Shown here: in pieces, positions 20,023 to 30,810 of the stretch
Layout: each line of letters starts with the position of its first letter
Position numbering within the stretch: the first letter of the stretch is position 1
Virus record (IMG/VR): IMGVR_UViG_3300044844_000428
DNA length: 64,000 nucleotides
Source of the DNA: a virus
Direction: 5' to 3' (one strand)
Translations under genes and position numbers: made by a program
The notes under the pieces: model-generated
Databases searched by the model: none
Told to the model about the DNA's origin: nothing
Seen by the model: the letters and a program-made list of their open reading frames with translations, nothing else

Positions 20023-20328
20023 ATGGATCTTAATACTGTAGCAAAGATAATCAATGCGTATGGATTTCCAATTATTGAAACAATGGGCATTGCATATATT
20101 CTTTATTATGTGTGGGTATGGACAACCACAAAAGTAAAACCAGTAATCTCAGAAGTCAACACCGTTCTTATAGCACTGATTGATAGAATAAGATTGCTGG
20201 ATAATGATATGCTAAGATTAACGCAAAAAGTAAACGTGGTTCTTCATCTTAAAGGTGTCGAACCATTCATGTATAAGGAAAAAGAAGATGAGCGAAACGA
20301 CTCGGAGAAGTTAAATGGGAAAAGGTAA
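20023..20328 (+). CDS. Membrane protein, paralog of 19732-20022
   Basis: YGFPI plus TM helix, DRIR.LDND..R. Confidence 0.7.
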   Translation: MDLNTVAKIINAYGFPIIETMGIAYILYYVWVWTTTKVKPVISEVNTVLIALIDRIRLLDNDMLRLTQKVNVVLHLKGVEPFMYKEKEDERNDSEKLNGKR

Positions 20329-20587
20329 AATATTACAAGGTGGTTGGAGAACTGCTTTGGCATGGAGTTACGTAATAATCTGTATGTTCGATTTCTGTGT
20401 TGGTCCAGTCATCTATAATTTCCTACAGTACTACAATCCAGGTCAACATGTAGAAATGTGGCAAGCAATAACTCTGCAGGGTGGTGGATTATATCATCTT
20501 GCCATGGGCGCAATCCTAGGAATTTCTGCCCACGGACGCACCCAGGAAAAATTAGCATCAACTAAAGAAAGTACCGCTGAACTCTAA
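20315..20587 (+). CDS. Holin-like protein (3TM holin family)
   Basis: WR.A.AW.Y..IC.FDF, GAILG...GRT.EK. Confidence 0.65.
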   Translation: MGKGKILQGGWRTALAWSYVIICMFDFCVGPVIYNFLQYYNPGQHVEMWQAITLQGGGLYHLAMGAILGISAHGRTQEKLASTKESTAEL

Positions 20588-21070
20588 AATGTCGTCTAGC
20601 AGTATAGGATAATAATCAGTTTGTTCGACTGAAACATTCAGGTACCGGGCATCATCAATAATTTTACTATGAAGATGTCCGTGTACATTCATTTTAAATC
20701 TGTGTTCTAACTGAGATGGATGTACTGGTATATGACTTAACAATACATTTTCCACAGTATGATAAGAACGAATATCTTTAAAATATTCCATGTACTCATC
20801 CACTCTAAAGAAATCGTGGTTGCCTTTGATGAGAATCAAGTTCGAGCAATGTATCTGATCTAACATCTTCAATCCAGATCTATTCAGTGCAACATCACCA
20901 AGTATGAAGCATTCATCACCAAATTTTACTTTCTCGTTGAATCGTCTAACAAGCTCTTGGTTCATCTCATCGATATCATCCCAAGGTCTCATTTTGGTAC
21001 CATCTTCATTCAAGAACTTTAGAACATTCTTATGATTGAAGTGTTGATCTGAAGTTATCCAAGTTGCCAT
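20558..21070 (-). CDS. Calcineurin-like metallophosphoesterase
   Basis: SDQH, LGD, GNHD, SH.P, HGHLH, NVSVE. Confidence 0.88.
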   Translation of the reverse strand: MATWITSDQHFNHKNVLKFLNEDGTKMRPWDDIDEMNQELVRRFNEKVKFGDECFILGDVALNRSGLKMLDQIHCSNLILIKGNHDFFRVDEYMEYFKDIRSYHTVENVLLSHIPVHPSQLEHRFKMNVHGHLHSKIIDDARYLNVSVEQTDYYPILLDDILEFSGTFFS

Positions 21071-22538
21071 ATCATTCCGGTTTATGGTTTTGATAATAAG
21101 AAGTTTCTAAAGTATTTCCAACGATTCGTTTACAGTCATCATTACCACAGAAATCTTTAGCCCATACTCGTTTCACATCTTCTCTATGCACTTGTATATT
21201 TCTAAACTCTGGGTCCCATCCAACACTGAATCCAAATATAATACCCATTAGCCAATAATACCAACAGTCAAGAAACCTATCCACTACCAAGACTCCACAC
21301 CAGTAACAGGCAAAGTAACAGTTGCATCTAGGTCAACCAGTTTATAATTGAATTGGATATCCAAATTGGTACCAATACCGTTAGTTTGATATAGCAAGGA
21401 AAAGTTATTCACGTCACTAAAACGGTCAAGTAACTTCACAATCTTTTCAAGTTCACTTCTGTGTAATCTAATTTCAGTCATCTTATTCTCCATTAGCAAA
21501 TTGATTATGGATAGACCATAGTATTGGTTCAGTTAAGTAGTTATCGCTATTTTTGTATCTTTTATCACTACGAAAAGTAAAGGTCTCAGTATATCCAACT
21601 CTAATCACAAGTTTATAGTATTCGATTCCACCGTCGGCAGTTTCTTTGGTCATCATCATTGATGTTATTTTATCTATTGCTAATACAATATCACCACCAT
21701 TGCAGTATATTCTAATTCTGTTATTCATCTTGGTTTTCCTAAATTCCAGATCATATACAGTGGTAAAATGATTGCTGCTACAATCGATATTCTAAAAGCT
21801 ACTAGAGGTGCTACCAATAGTGTAAGAAAGAATAGTAACAGGATAACCACAAGCCAATTAGCAATATTCATAAGTTATCCATTATAATGTTCAAAGATTA
21901 CCCAAGCACCATTCAATGATATTATACCAATAATGATTAAGAGTCCTCTAAGAATGGTTCCTGGAAATCTCTTTTCAAGGGTCAACAAGATACTTGCTAG
22001 GAAATATCCAATGGTGTAAATTATAACAATAGTTATCATTACTACAGACATATAATCTAGGAATGATAAATCTTCTGGTCTCATTGATGTCATGTTATTT
22101 CCTTACCTTACATTTAGATAAAGCACTGTAAATGCTATTGATGATATGGCAATAGCAAAACTGGCTAATATAGGTGAGAATATTAACCACCACGACCAAT
22201 CGATGTAATGTGTTAATTTAAGTCCAACAAACAGTACTGTTAAGGCTGCAAATATATTCATTTGGATTCCTTTATATCTTGAGGAACACAATAGGATTGG
22301 ATTGAAAACCCTGGCATTTTAGATTTCAAATCAGGAACAATCAAGTGTGCAGCATACTCACAAGATTCCTTAGTAGCAAAGACTTGTGGTTCTATTGATT
22401 GACCAATTCCAGCAGAAGTATTCCATAAAAAGAAGTATAATAGGTAACTATGCACAAGATTCTCCAAAAGTTTTGACCCAGCATGGGATAAGGTAGAAGG
22501 CGACAGCGATTATTACTACAGGAAAAAATTCTAACATA

Positions 22539-23063
22539 TTATCTCCGTGATGAAAGTTTAGCCATATTCATACTTGAACTAGGTCTAATTGTGGTTGGTG
22601 GTCTTGTTGAAAAACTAGAAGCTCCTGATAATTTATTCATATCCATAGATGATGGTTTAGGTTGTACAGGAGTAACTACAGGTTGAACTGGTGCCGCATT
22701 AGACTGTACAGGAGCAGGATTGTTAATGATTACCGTCTTACGTTCAATAATATGAGTATCATTATTGCTGTGGTTAGTGTTACCACTCAAACCATTAGTC
22801 AAAGCATGACCAATCAAAGCACCTGTAGCCATATTCATTAGTGTATTGTCGTGCTGAGGAGCAGATTGAACAACAACTGGAGCGGCTGGTTGTTGGATTA
22901 CTTGAGGCTGAACTTGTGCCTGAGGAATCTGTTGGAACATCTGTTGCTGTTCACGGAGTTGTTGCTGTTGCTGATTAATAATCTTCTGTTGGCGTTCTTG
23001 TTCAGATTCACCACAGGCAGTCAATAATAACGATATAGTTAATGCTAAGTATTTCAAGTTCAT
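22539..23063 (-). CDS. Lipoprotein, Q/P-rich
   Basis: Signal peptide with LTAC lipobox, low-complexity body. Confidence 0.7.
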   Translation of the reverse strand: MNLKYLALTISLLLTACGESEQERQQKIINQQQQQLREQQQMFQQIPQAQVQPQVIQQPAAPVVVQSAPQHDNTLMNMATGALIGHALTNGLSGNTNHSNNDTHIIERKTVIINNPAPVQSNAAPVQPVVTPVQPKPSSMDMNKLSGASSFSTRPPTTIRPSSSMNMAKLSSRR

Positions 23064-23078
23064 TGTATCAAGTCTCCA

Positions 23079-23498
23079 TTAAAAATCATAAAAATCAAAA
23101 AGTTCTTCATTTGTATCTATACGTTCTGACACTCCACGTTTAAAAGTCATTGCAGTTTCACCTAGTAAGAAGTTATGTCCAGCATCCAAAGAAAATCTGT
23201 ATATTTGGTTAGCTTCACCGCCATAAGTTACTGATACTTTTACTCCATCATCCGTTTGACCAATGTAAGTAAAACCGTATTTGTAATAACTACTGAATGT
23301 CATTCTAACATCAGCATATTTTTCTATAAATTCGTCATGCGTGATTTCCATTTTATCTCCATTACTATTTTGTTTTTTAAGTTTGTATATTTGACATTCC
23401 AGTTGTTTAACATAAACATATATTGAATGCGGCACTTTAAAATGCTCTGATAATTTAGTTTCTATATTCGTACAACATATAAAATATGAGGATGCCAT
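23079..23498 (-). CDS. Hypothetical protein (possible two-ORF fusion)
   Basis: Internal GGAG SD plus ATG at 23351. Confidence 0.5.
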   Translation of the reverse strand: MASSYFICCTNIETKLSEHFKVPHSIYVYVKQLECQIYKLKKQNSNGDKMEITHDEFIEKYADVRMTFSSYYKYGFTYIGQTDDGVKVSVTYGGEANQIYRFSLDAGHNFLLGETAMTFKRGVSERIDTNEELFDFYDF

Positions 23499-24148
23499 CA
23501 GTTTACTCCAAAGTGTTCTTTATCGTACCTAATAATCTCGTTAAATTCTTCAATTGTAATCTTACCATTCAACAATGTTTCTATTGCATCTAATCTTTGT
23601 AGTGTATCAAATGTTCTTTTTAAATCTATAAGTGAACCAGGACTTGGTCGTTCACCTAAAGCAAGAATCGTTACATGCAAAGTAACATAGGCAGAATGGA
23701 AGAAATTAGAAATAAACATGATATCCCTTTCTCTATCAGTACAACCTAACTGCTCGAAAAGTTTTACATATTGAATATCCTTATCAGCAAATGGGATATT
23801 CCATTCATCAGGATTCATCTGTCCGTAATAAGAATTAGAGTATTCCATCATTTCAGATGCTTTGGTTGGTTTTTCTATTTCTTCAACCAGTTTGAATAGA
23901 GCATTGTGTTTCATTTCAAAATTCCTCATCAAGGTTTAATATTTTAATAAAATTCTATTTCACGCGATATAGGAACAATTTGTATAATCTTGCCATCTGG
24001 ATATTCTTCCAGAACTATTTCGGTAAATTTTTCTAATCTTTTTGAATTTGCTACCCCAATGTTACTTACTAAAATAAGTTTTGTATCATATGGAGTTTCA
24101 ACCGTAACAATATATTTTTGCATCATTTAATTCCTCATCAGTTTGTTT

Positions 24149-24187
24149 AATTGGTACTATTATAACACATTAGTACCAATTGTACAC
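24149..24187 (-). promoter_or_regulatory. Early promoter with 11-bp stem-loop
   Basis: aattggtacta-ttataacacat-tagtaccaatt then gtacac. Confidence 0.75.
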
Positions 24188-24194
24188 ATTTATT

Positions 24195-24704
24195 TTAGCC
24201 CTTCTTATATTCTGTCAGTACCAAAGTGATATAATTGATTGTTTCTGGATAATTTGGAATCTTTCTGTGGTGTCTAATCACAGCATTCTCACCTGCATTA
24301 TATCCTGCTAATGCTAGTTTCTTATTGCCATCAAAGGTATCCAATAGGAATCTAAGAAACCGTACACCGCCATAAATGTTCTCTTTGACATTTGTACGAT
24401 CTGATACACCAAACCTTTCTGCAGTAGCAGGCATCAGTTGCATCAATCCTACCGCACCTTTCTTACTAACAGCTTTGGTTCGATAAGTGCTTTCAGTTTT
24501 GATTACAGCACGAACCAGCTTTTCGTCAACCTGATACTTCAATGAAGCATTATGGATATAACGGTCAATATCTTTAGGAGTAACCTTCGGTTTGGTAGTA
24601 ACCATTTGGTATGAATGATTAACGAACTTGGCAGACCCTGTACTTGTATAGATTTGAGTACTAGGAGCCATCATCGATGATACTATCAGAATGGTCTTAA
24701 TCAT
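24195..24704 (-). CDS. Lytic transglycosylase (SLT)
   Basis: AVIKTES, GAVGLMQLMP.TA, NIYGG..FL, ALAGYNAGE. Confidence 0.92.
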   Translation of the reverse strand: MIKTILIVSSMMAPSTQIYTSTGSAKFVNHSYQMVTTKPKVTPKDIDRYIHNASLKYQVDEKLVRAVIKTESTYRTKAVSKKGAVGLMQLMPATAERFGVSDRTNVKENIYGGVRFLRFLLDTFDGNKKLALAGYNAGENAVIRHHRKIPNYPETINYITLVLTEYKKG

Positions 24705-24911
24705 TTCTTTGCCTTCTTAGGTTTGCCTTTAGGGCATTGCTCGGTAAGTTTAACATACTTCATGGGAGAGCATTTCTTATGAGTCTTGAAGAACTTCTTT
24801 TGACTAGCAATACTATCAAGGTATTGCTTTGTGTAGCATTGTTCCATAAGATTAACGATGCTGATGCAATTAGCCTTTACGGGTAATGACACCAACATCA
24901 TGATTAGGATT

Positions 24912-25358
24912 TTAGTTTTCACTGATTGTCTCGTAAATGTGATAACAATACACGACCTCGATTTCTGGTTCATCATAAATGTATTCAGTAGTAGGCGTTT
25001 GTGTACCGATATAATCGCCCCATTTGTGCCATCTCCAACCTTCATATCTTGGTTGACCAGATTTAGTGATTTTATGCAATAGCACTACGAATTCACGGTC
25101 AGGCAATAACAGTTCTGGGATGACTTCAAGTAAATTTTCAATTCCATCACATACGCCATAATACCATGCAAAACTATTTGTTAAAAATTCAGGATCTCTA
25201 ATATATGATTTAGAATGCTCGAGTGCATGTAACCGAGACGAATAATTGCTTATATATGATTTAGAACGCTCTAGTGCATGTAACTGAAACGAATAATCGC
25301 TTAGATAAACGCCTTCTTGTAATTGATGTTCTTGTATAATCGGGTTACTCTTTAACAT
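24912..25358 (-). CDS. Conserved phage hypothetical protein with internal 17-aa duplication
   Basis: YGVCD, GWRWHKWG.YIG...P..EY.YDE; probable start MLKSN. Confidence 0.65.
   Translation of the reverse strand: MLKSNPIIQEHQLQEGVYLSDYSFQLHALERSKSYISNYSSRLHALEHSKSYIRDPEFLTNSFAWYYGVCDGIENLLEVIPELLLPDREFVVLLHKITKSGQPRYEGWRWHKWGDYIGTQTPTTEYIYDEPEIEVVYCYHIYETISEN
25201..25302. repeat. Imperfect 51-bp tandem duplication
   Basis: Units 25201-25251 and 25252-25302 both begin atatatgatttagaa. Confidence 0.9.
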
Positions 25359-25479
25359 TTTATAATTCCTCTTCAAATTTTGTTATAAGCATTCATTATT
25401 AGAAAAACCACAAGTATTACACCAATGGTGTGTACTATTGTTGATAGTAATTCAAACAAGTTTGGTCCAATCTCAGCCA

Positions 25480-26262
25480 TTATACATTCTCCCAACTGAT
25501 AGTAATTACAGCATTAGTAGTATCAAAACGTATTCCAGAACTTGCATATGCCGCCATATCTGTTGACCTACTAGCAGCGCCATTTGCTTCATAACCATAT
25601 TCCTTCAGTGTAGTTACTAGAATTCCAGCAATCTTATTGAACGTCTGGTTAGATAAGCCATCGATTTCGTTAAAAGAAATCGTGTATTTTCCATTCTTAA
25701 TAGCATTATTAATCAATACTTGAATTTCTTGAAGAGCTTTGGTGATTTCCGTTTGTTTGATCTTGTTAAGGTCAGTTTCTACTTCTTTAGTTTTGGCATA
25801 AGCCACTGCTGCATGTATCATAATTTCCTCTTTTTCTATTGCAATATTATCAAGTTCTTCTAGGAATTCAGATATACATCCATCAGATCCAATAAGGTAC
25901 CATTTGCATTCTTTTTCAACAAATAAGTAATTATATTCTTCACGTTGGTATCTGTATCTGTAAAAATCAAAGTTGTCCCAGATTTTAACTTTAGTATGTT
26001 TTTCGCCGCGGTCACGTCCATAATAAACACAGGTATCCTTTTCTGGAAAAGCAAAAGTATGTTCAGTGCCTTTGGTCGGTTCACAACGAATACCCAAGGA
26101 CGACAGGTCACCAAATGATACTAATTGTTTTACTTTTGCCGGTGTATTATGGCATTCTTTTAGGATTCGACCATTATGTTCAACATAACCATCCCAATGG
26201 CAATAGATTTGATGAATGGTACCGTCAAGATTTTGGATTGCGATAGTTGAATTTGTGCTCAT
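25480..26262 (-). CDS. Conserved phage protein (IYCHWDGY family), possible fusion
   Basis: MSTNSTI, IYCHWDGY, GDLSSL, YGRDRGE; internal SD plus ATG at 25821. Confidence 0.7.
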   Translation of the reverse strand: MSTNSTIAIQNLDGTIHQIYCHWDGYVEHNGRILKECHNTPAKVKQLVSFGDLSSLGIRCEPTKGTEHTFAFPEKDTCVYYGRDRGEKHTKVKIWDNFDFYRYRYQREEYNYLFVEKECKWYLIGSDGCISEFLEELDNIAIEKEEIMIHAAVAYAKTKEVETDLNKIKQTEITKALQEIQVLINNAIKNGKYTISFNEIDGLSNQTFNKIAGILVTTLKEYGYEANGAASRSTDMAAYASSGIRFDTTNAVITISWENV

Positions 26263-26858
26263 TATAACACCTCACATTTCATAGAATAGCCTAATAAACC
26301 ATCTTCCAGTTCTTTTTGGATTTCAGGAGTATGTTTTTCAATATAAAACTCACATTCCGCATAAGTATCGAATGTCATCGTGGTAACTTCAGGAGTCCCA
26401 TGAGAAATCTGATCAACATTAAAGTACATCATCATAGTTAAAATTGCACCAGTCATTTCTATTCTCCTAAATTAATTTTTGTAATGCATTAAGTACACGT
26501 TTTGAACCACCAGATTTATTCATTACAAACAATCCATTTCTGATTGCCGATAATGCACCTATACCGCTACCATCCGTACCCCATGTACTTCCTGGATAAG
26601 TACATGGTAATAAACTGAGAATTGAATGGTATTCAGAATCTGCCTTTACAAATTCGTCAGTATTATCGGGTTCAATATGCTTTGAAATGACTAGAATCGT
26701 TCTGTGAATGCTTATAGTCCAACCAAGTTTATCTGCTTGGACTATGATTTGCGCCGCAATTTCTTTACTCATAATTTAATTCCTCTTCAAAAATTCAATA
26801 ATTGTTAATCTGAGTCTATTATATCAAACATACCATAAAAGTACACAAAAGAATGCAA

Positions 26859-27404
26859 TTATTTTTGATTAATAAATTCAGGAACATCACGAAGTTTCCA
26901 GCTGTGTAACCTGGTTTTGGATCCATTATAGTATTGTTGATATGATAAAACGGAGTTGCCTGGGACCTTAAATTCGTCAGGCATTGCAGGCGTTGGTTCG
27001 GTAAAAGGTTTTGTTGAAATATTAAAGGGAGCATATTGCAATTTATCAACTAAACCAGTTGCCTCACATTTATGAATTTTACCATACCGATACGTATATT
27101 CTTTGCATAATTCTACAAGTAAAGAATGTAGCCATTGATAATTCTCAAATCCATGCCGAGCCCAAATTGCTGATGGATGGTTTATATGAGTTGCTGAGTA
27201 TAAAATACTATCGTATGAACTGTTAAGTTTCCAGACTTTTTTCTTACGGCCCGATTCAGAAAATCCTGCAGTTTCTATACCATCTAAAACTCGATGAGCA
27301 GTAGATAGCAATTGGGAATATTCGAGAATCATTTTGACGACATGTCGGTCAACATGTTGTTTAGCGCATTCGGTTTGATTTTTTGATAGATAGAAAATGT
27401 TCAT
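26859..27404 (-). CDS. Pyrimidine-dimer glycosylase/DenV-family-like protein
   Basis: MNIFYL, HVVKMILE..QLLSTAH, THINHP..IW, EYTYRYGK.H. Confidence 0.7.
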   Translation of the reverse strand: MNIFYLSKNQTECAKQHVDRHVVKMILEYSQLLSTAHRVLDGIETAGFSESGRKKKVWKLNSSYDSILYSATHINHPSAIWARHGFENYQWLHSLLVELCKEYTYRYGKIHKCEATGLVDKLQYAPFNISTKPFTEPTPAMPDEFKVPGNSVLSYQQYYNGSKTRLHSWKLRDVPEFINQK

Positions 27405-27461
27405 GATAGACTCCTTAATTATAAAAGTCTATTATATCACAATTTTAATATAAGTACACAC

Positions 27462-27770
27462 ATGAAACCAATATCAGTATTATATTCACAATTGAAATCG
27501 TCAGCAAAATCTAGAGGAATAGAGTTTACTATAACAAAGACTGATCTGTGTGATTTGTCTTTTCCATTGACATGTCCTGTTTTAGGAATAAGACTAAAAT
27601 GGAATAAGGGATGTGCAGGAGATGATAGTTATTCGATTGACAGAATAAACAACGCGATTGGATATGTACCAGGAAATCTAGTGGTCATATCCAATCGCGC
27701 GAATAGTCTTAAGAGAGATGCAACTCTAAGAGAATTGCAATTACTAGCAGAATTTTATACTAACCTTTAA
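27462..27770 (+). CDS. Small HNH-like endonuclease
   Basis: CPVLG, SIDRI....GY..GN..VIS..AN.LK; opposite orientation to neighbours. Confidence 0.7.
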   Translation: MKPISVLYSQLKSSAKSRGIEFTITKTDLCDLSFPLTCPVLGIRLKWNKGCAGDDSYSIDRINNAIGYVPGNLVVISNRANSLKRDATLRELQLLAEFYTNL

Positions 27771-28035
27771 ATACATTTGGATGAAATTCTTTAGCATCTT
27801 CTTCATCGCCATCATAATGGTTAATAAGGGCTTTTCTAACATTGGCTTTAGGACCATGATATGAAACAGTGTCACCTTTAAATTTTGTTCTAACTCCATG
27901 GGTTTTGTCCATATGAGCAGCATGCGCCTTTTTCTCTCCGCGTGTTTCTAAATAATGATCAGCAGGACCAGAAGAAACTTCTCCGGGTGAAAGAGCTTCA
28001 TTTAGTTGTTCTTTAAATTCTTTAAAATTTAACAT
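27760..28035 (-). CDS. Putative internal head protein
   Basis: MLNFKEFKEQLNE CTS-like start. Confidence 0.5.
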   Translation of the reverse strand: MLNFKEFKEQLNEALSPGEVSSGPADHYLETRGEKKAHAAHMDKTHGVRTKFKGDTVSYHGPKANVRKALINHYDGDEEDAKEFHPNVFKG

Positions 28036-28274
28036 TTTTGGTTTCCTTATTTGTAGTTTACGGTTAATATTGCTGAAGAATCATCATATTTATATCCTTT
28101 AGCTTTTTTGAAGAAATATGATTCTCTGATTATTGTAGCAATTGGGTCATTTCCTTCAACATCAACAATGATAGAAAGAGTTTGATTAGTTTCCAAGTTT
28201 GTCAGTTTGATAGTCATTGAACCTTCTTTAGAAACTTTGAATAATTTAGTAGCCATGATAAAATCCTCGGTAAG

Positions 28275-28324
28275 TTAATATGGTTCTATTATATCAAGAA
28301 CCATATTAAAGTACACTATTATTT
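28275..28324 (-). repeat. 50-bp exact copy of hairpin promoter at 15730-15779
   Basis: ttaatatggttctattatatcaagaaccatattaaagtacactattattt present at both loci. Confidence 0.9.
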
Positions 28325-29224
28325 TGTTTTTATTTCCCACTTTATCAACGTTTGATTTAATTGCTCAAGTTCTTTAGTTATACTGCGAATCTCAGATTCG
28401 AGATTTACTTCAGTTGAGTGATATGCTTTTGACCAATTAGGATCTTCTTTTCCTATGGTAATAATATCGCGACTTCCTGTTTTTCGTACATTAAGAGTTA
28501 TAACTTTCGGCAGGTCTTTCAAACGAGATTCTAAATTAGACTTTTCTTGTTCAGTGACTTTAATTCTGGCTTTCAATCCATCGCGAGATACTTCTAAATT
28601 TTTATAATTTACACCAGCGCATGATTGTGTTTGATATCCGACTCCAGGTCTTGTAAACCCATGGTGAGACATTAGACCACTTTTATCAATAGCAATATCA
28701 CGTAAACACCAACCACAAGTTCCTCTTACTTGATTAGGATTAATAGGCTTAATGTTTAATGAAGGAGCTTTGCCTTTAACAATATTAGTTGCCAAATGAT
28801 CCATTATATCTTTAAGTGAAGCATACTCAGAGGCAATTCTAATAGCATATCCTATCAATTGAGATGTATTTGCAAATTTAGAATATTTCTTGATAATGCC
28901 ATCCATATTTCTAAAATTTTTGGCTTTATAATAAATGTCTTCCTCTTCTTTAGCATGAGGAGCAGCATCTCTAACATCGCGAGGTTGGTTAAGATAAGCA
29001 TATTGGTAATGTTTTTCCCAAGTAGCCTCGCATGAATTATTGAAAACAGATTTGATATTATCTAAATCTGTTTTACGTATGCTTCCTTGTTCCATAGCGT
29101 CTTTAAGGGTAATTAATGCCGCATCAAATTTATCCTTATTCTTTGGAGTAAGTGAATCTAATGTGAGAGCAAAATTAGACGGTATTTGCGGAGATTCTGT
29201 TAGATATTCGTAAAATGTTTTCAT
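28319..29224 (-). CDS. Putative internal head protein with Zn-finger-like C-terminal part
   Basis: MKTFYEYLTE CTS-like start; GTCGWC...HHGF....C.G. Confidence 0.6.
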   Translation of the reverse strand: MKTFYEYLTESPQIPSNFALTLDSLTPKNKDKFDAALITLKDAMEQGSIRKTDLDNIKSVFNNSCEATWEKHYQYAYLNQPRDVRDAAPHAKEEEDIYYKAKNFRNMDGIIKKYSKFANTSQLIGYAIRIASEYASLKDIMDHLATNIVKGKAPSLNIKPINPNQVRGTCGWCLRDIAIDKSGLMSHHGFTRPGVGYQTQSCAGVNYKNLEVSRDGLKARIKVTEQEKSNLESRLKDLPKVITLNVRKTGSRDIITIGKEDPNWSKAYHSTEVNLESEIRSITKELEQLNQTLIKWEIKTK

Positions 29225-29290
29225 TTGATTACTTTAGTAAGTTGTGGTATAGATTCTATTATATCAAGAACCGTATTAAAGTACAACATT

Positions 29291-29494
29291 TTATCCTAAT
29301 TTTGCATTTCTATTTGCTAATTCTGTTTCGATATCTTGCTTCATTTGAAACTGTACTGTACCAGGAATAGCATTAGCAAGAAATGCCAAATGCGTAGTAA
29401 GTACATTAATATCTACTTTTGACATATCATCACCAATCTTGGCAACATCAGCAGATCCATCTTCCATTAATGAGTATTCTTTAAATGACAACAT
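29291..29494 (-). CDS. Putative internal head protein
   Basis: MLSFKEYSLME CTS-like start. Confidence 0.5.
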   Translation of the reverse strand: MLSFKEYSLMEDGSADVAKIGDDMSKVDINVLTTHLAFLANAIPGTVQFQMKQDIETELANRNAKLG

Positions 29495-29521
29495 AGTTAT
29501 TCCTTCAAATAGAATTATTTA

Positions 29522-30130
29522 TTAAGAAAGAACTTTCAATGCTTTGTGCCATAATTCTTGGCGTTCAGGAAGTCCTGTAGTTCCACCATTAATCTTCTTA
29601 GTCAATGTTACAAAATCACCTTTATCTGCAATGTCATTCAAGTTATGAGTAGTCCAGAAATAACAAGCAGATTCAATAGCGCCATTTCTTGTTTCGCAAT
29701 ATGCTACTGCTTCTTCTATTGCCATATCGATGCTTGACGCAAATTTTGTGTAGTTTTCTTTTCCTGTCAATTGAATTGCACCACGCCCGCAGTATAAGAA
29801 TCCTTCTCCAGAATCTTCTGGCCCATTGCCCATTCTATCTGCATAGACTTTATTAGCAATCTTTTCTGGGTTACGATGGTATTTTTGTGCTTCTGCTAGA
29901 GTAGGGAATCGTTTAGGCCATACTTTGCAAAGCCCTTCAGCGCTATAGTTTAAATTTTCTTTAAGGGTATTAAAGCTACCTGATTCATGTCCCGTTTGAG
30001 CTAGGAATGCACAGAGTCTGTCCTTTGTAGTGATTCCGTATTTTGGTAGAATAACATTAAGTGCTTTTGTTGTATCATTAGGATTTTTACATGCGGGAAA
30101 GATTTGTTTGAATTTGTCAACAGTAATCAT
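29522..30130 (-). CDS. GH19-family endolysin
   Basis: FLAQTGHESG, ENLNYSA, GRGAIQLTGK.NY, TK.INGG..G; probable start MITVD. Confidence 0.9.
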   Translation of the reverse strand: MITVDKFKQIFPACKNPNDTTKALNVILPKYGITTKDRLCAFLAQTGHESGSFNTLKENLNYSAEGLCKVWPKRFPTLAEAQKYHRNPEKIANKVYADRMGNGPEDSGEGFLYCGRGAIQLTGKENYTKFASSIDMAIEEAVAYCETRNGAIESACYFWTTHNLNDIADKGDFVTLTKKINGGTTGLPERQELWHKALKVLS

Positions 30131-30131
30131 T

Positions 30132-30692
30132 TTAACTCCATAGATTTCGGAAATATTTTCCAAATAGACGTAAACCATTGTCTACTCGGTCTTGCATAAA
30201 TTTATATGATTCTGGGTCATTAAACTGTACCAGAACCATGTGTTCCCAGTCATCATTTACAATATGCTCAAAAGACCATATCATCTCATCAATGACATAA
30301 TCCCATCGTTTGAAATAGAACTCATCAGTATCATAAAGTTCTTTGACTCTAGGAGCATTCATAGATTTGATACTATCAGGCACATCAGAATCATCAACAT
30401 TAGGTGCACCATGAAGATTTTCTTTGAATTTCTTTAGCATCTTAAGAATGATAGGGGCCAAAGTGTGATCCATGCTCCAAGTATCCCAGTGATCAATATG
30501 GATTATTTCAGCGGGTTTTCTGAATGGATTATGCTCATATACCCAATTGAGTAAATCATTGACCCAGGAATATGCTAGCTTTTCTCCTATCTCATCGCAC
30601 TTATCTTCTGATACTCCAAAGTGCATTAATAGGTCTGCTAATTGATAAGGACCGAACCACAAATTTTTTGGTTTGCCGAGATATACTTTCAT
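30132..30692 (-). CDS. Conserved phage hypothetical protein
   Basis: DTWSMDHTLA.II, RWDYV.DEMIWSF, GL.LFGKYF.NLW. Confidence 0.7.
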   Translation of the reverse strand: MKVYLGKPKNLWFGPYQLADLLMHFGVSEDKCDEIGEKLAYSWVNDLLNWVYEHNPFRKPAEIIHIDHWDTWSMDHTLAPIILKMLKKFKENLHGAPNVDDSDVPDSIKSMNAPRVKELYDTDEFYFKRWDYVIDEMIWSFEHIVNDDWEHMVLVQFNDPESYKFMQDRVDNGLRLFGKYFRNLWS

Positions 30693-30810
30693 AGTGTCTT
30701 CTTTTTGGGTCCAAAATGTAGTACAACAATAGAACCATTGGGCATTACGCGAAAAATAGATTCATAGTTAGGATTTTGTTCGTGGATTGCTGGAGTAGTC
30801 TTTTCTTTAT

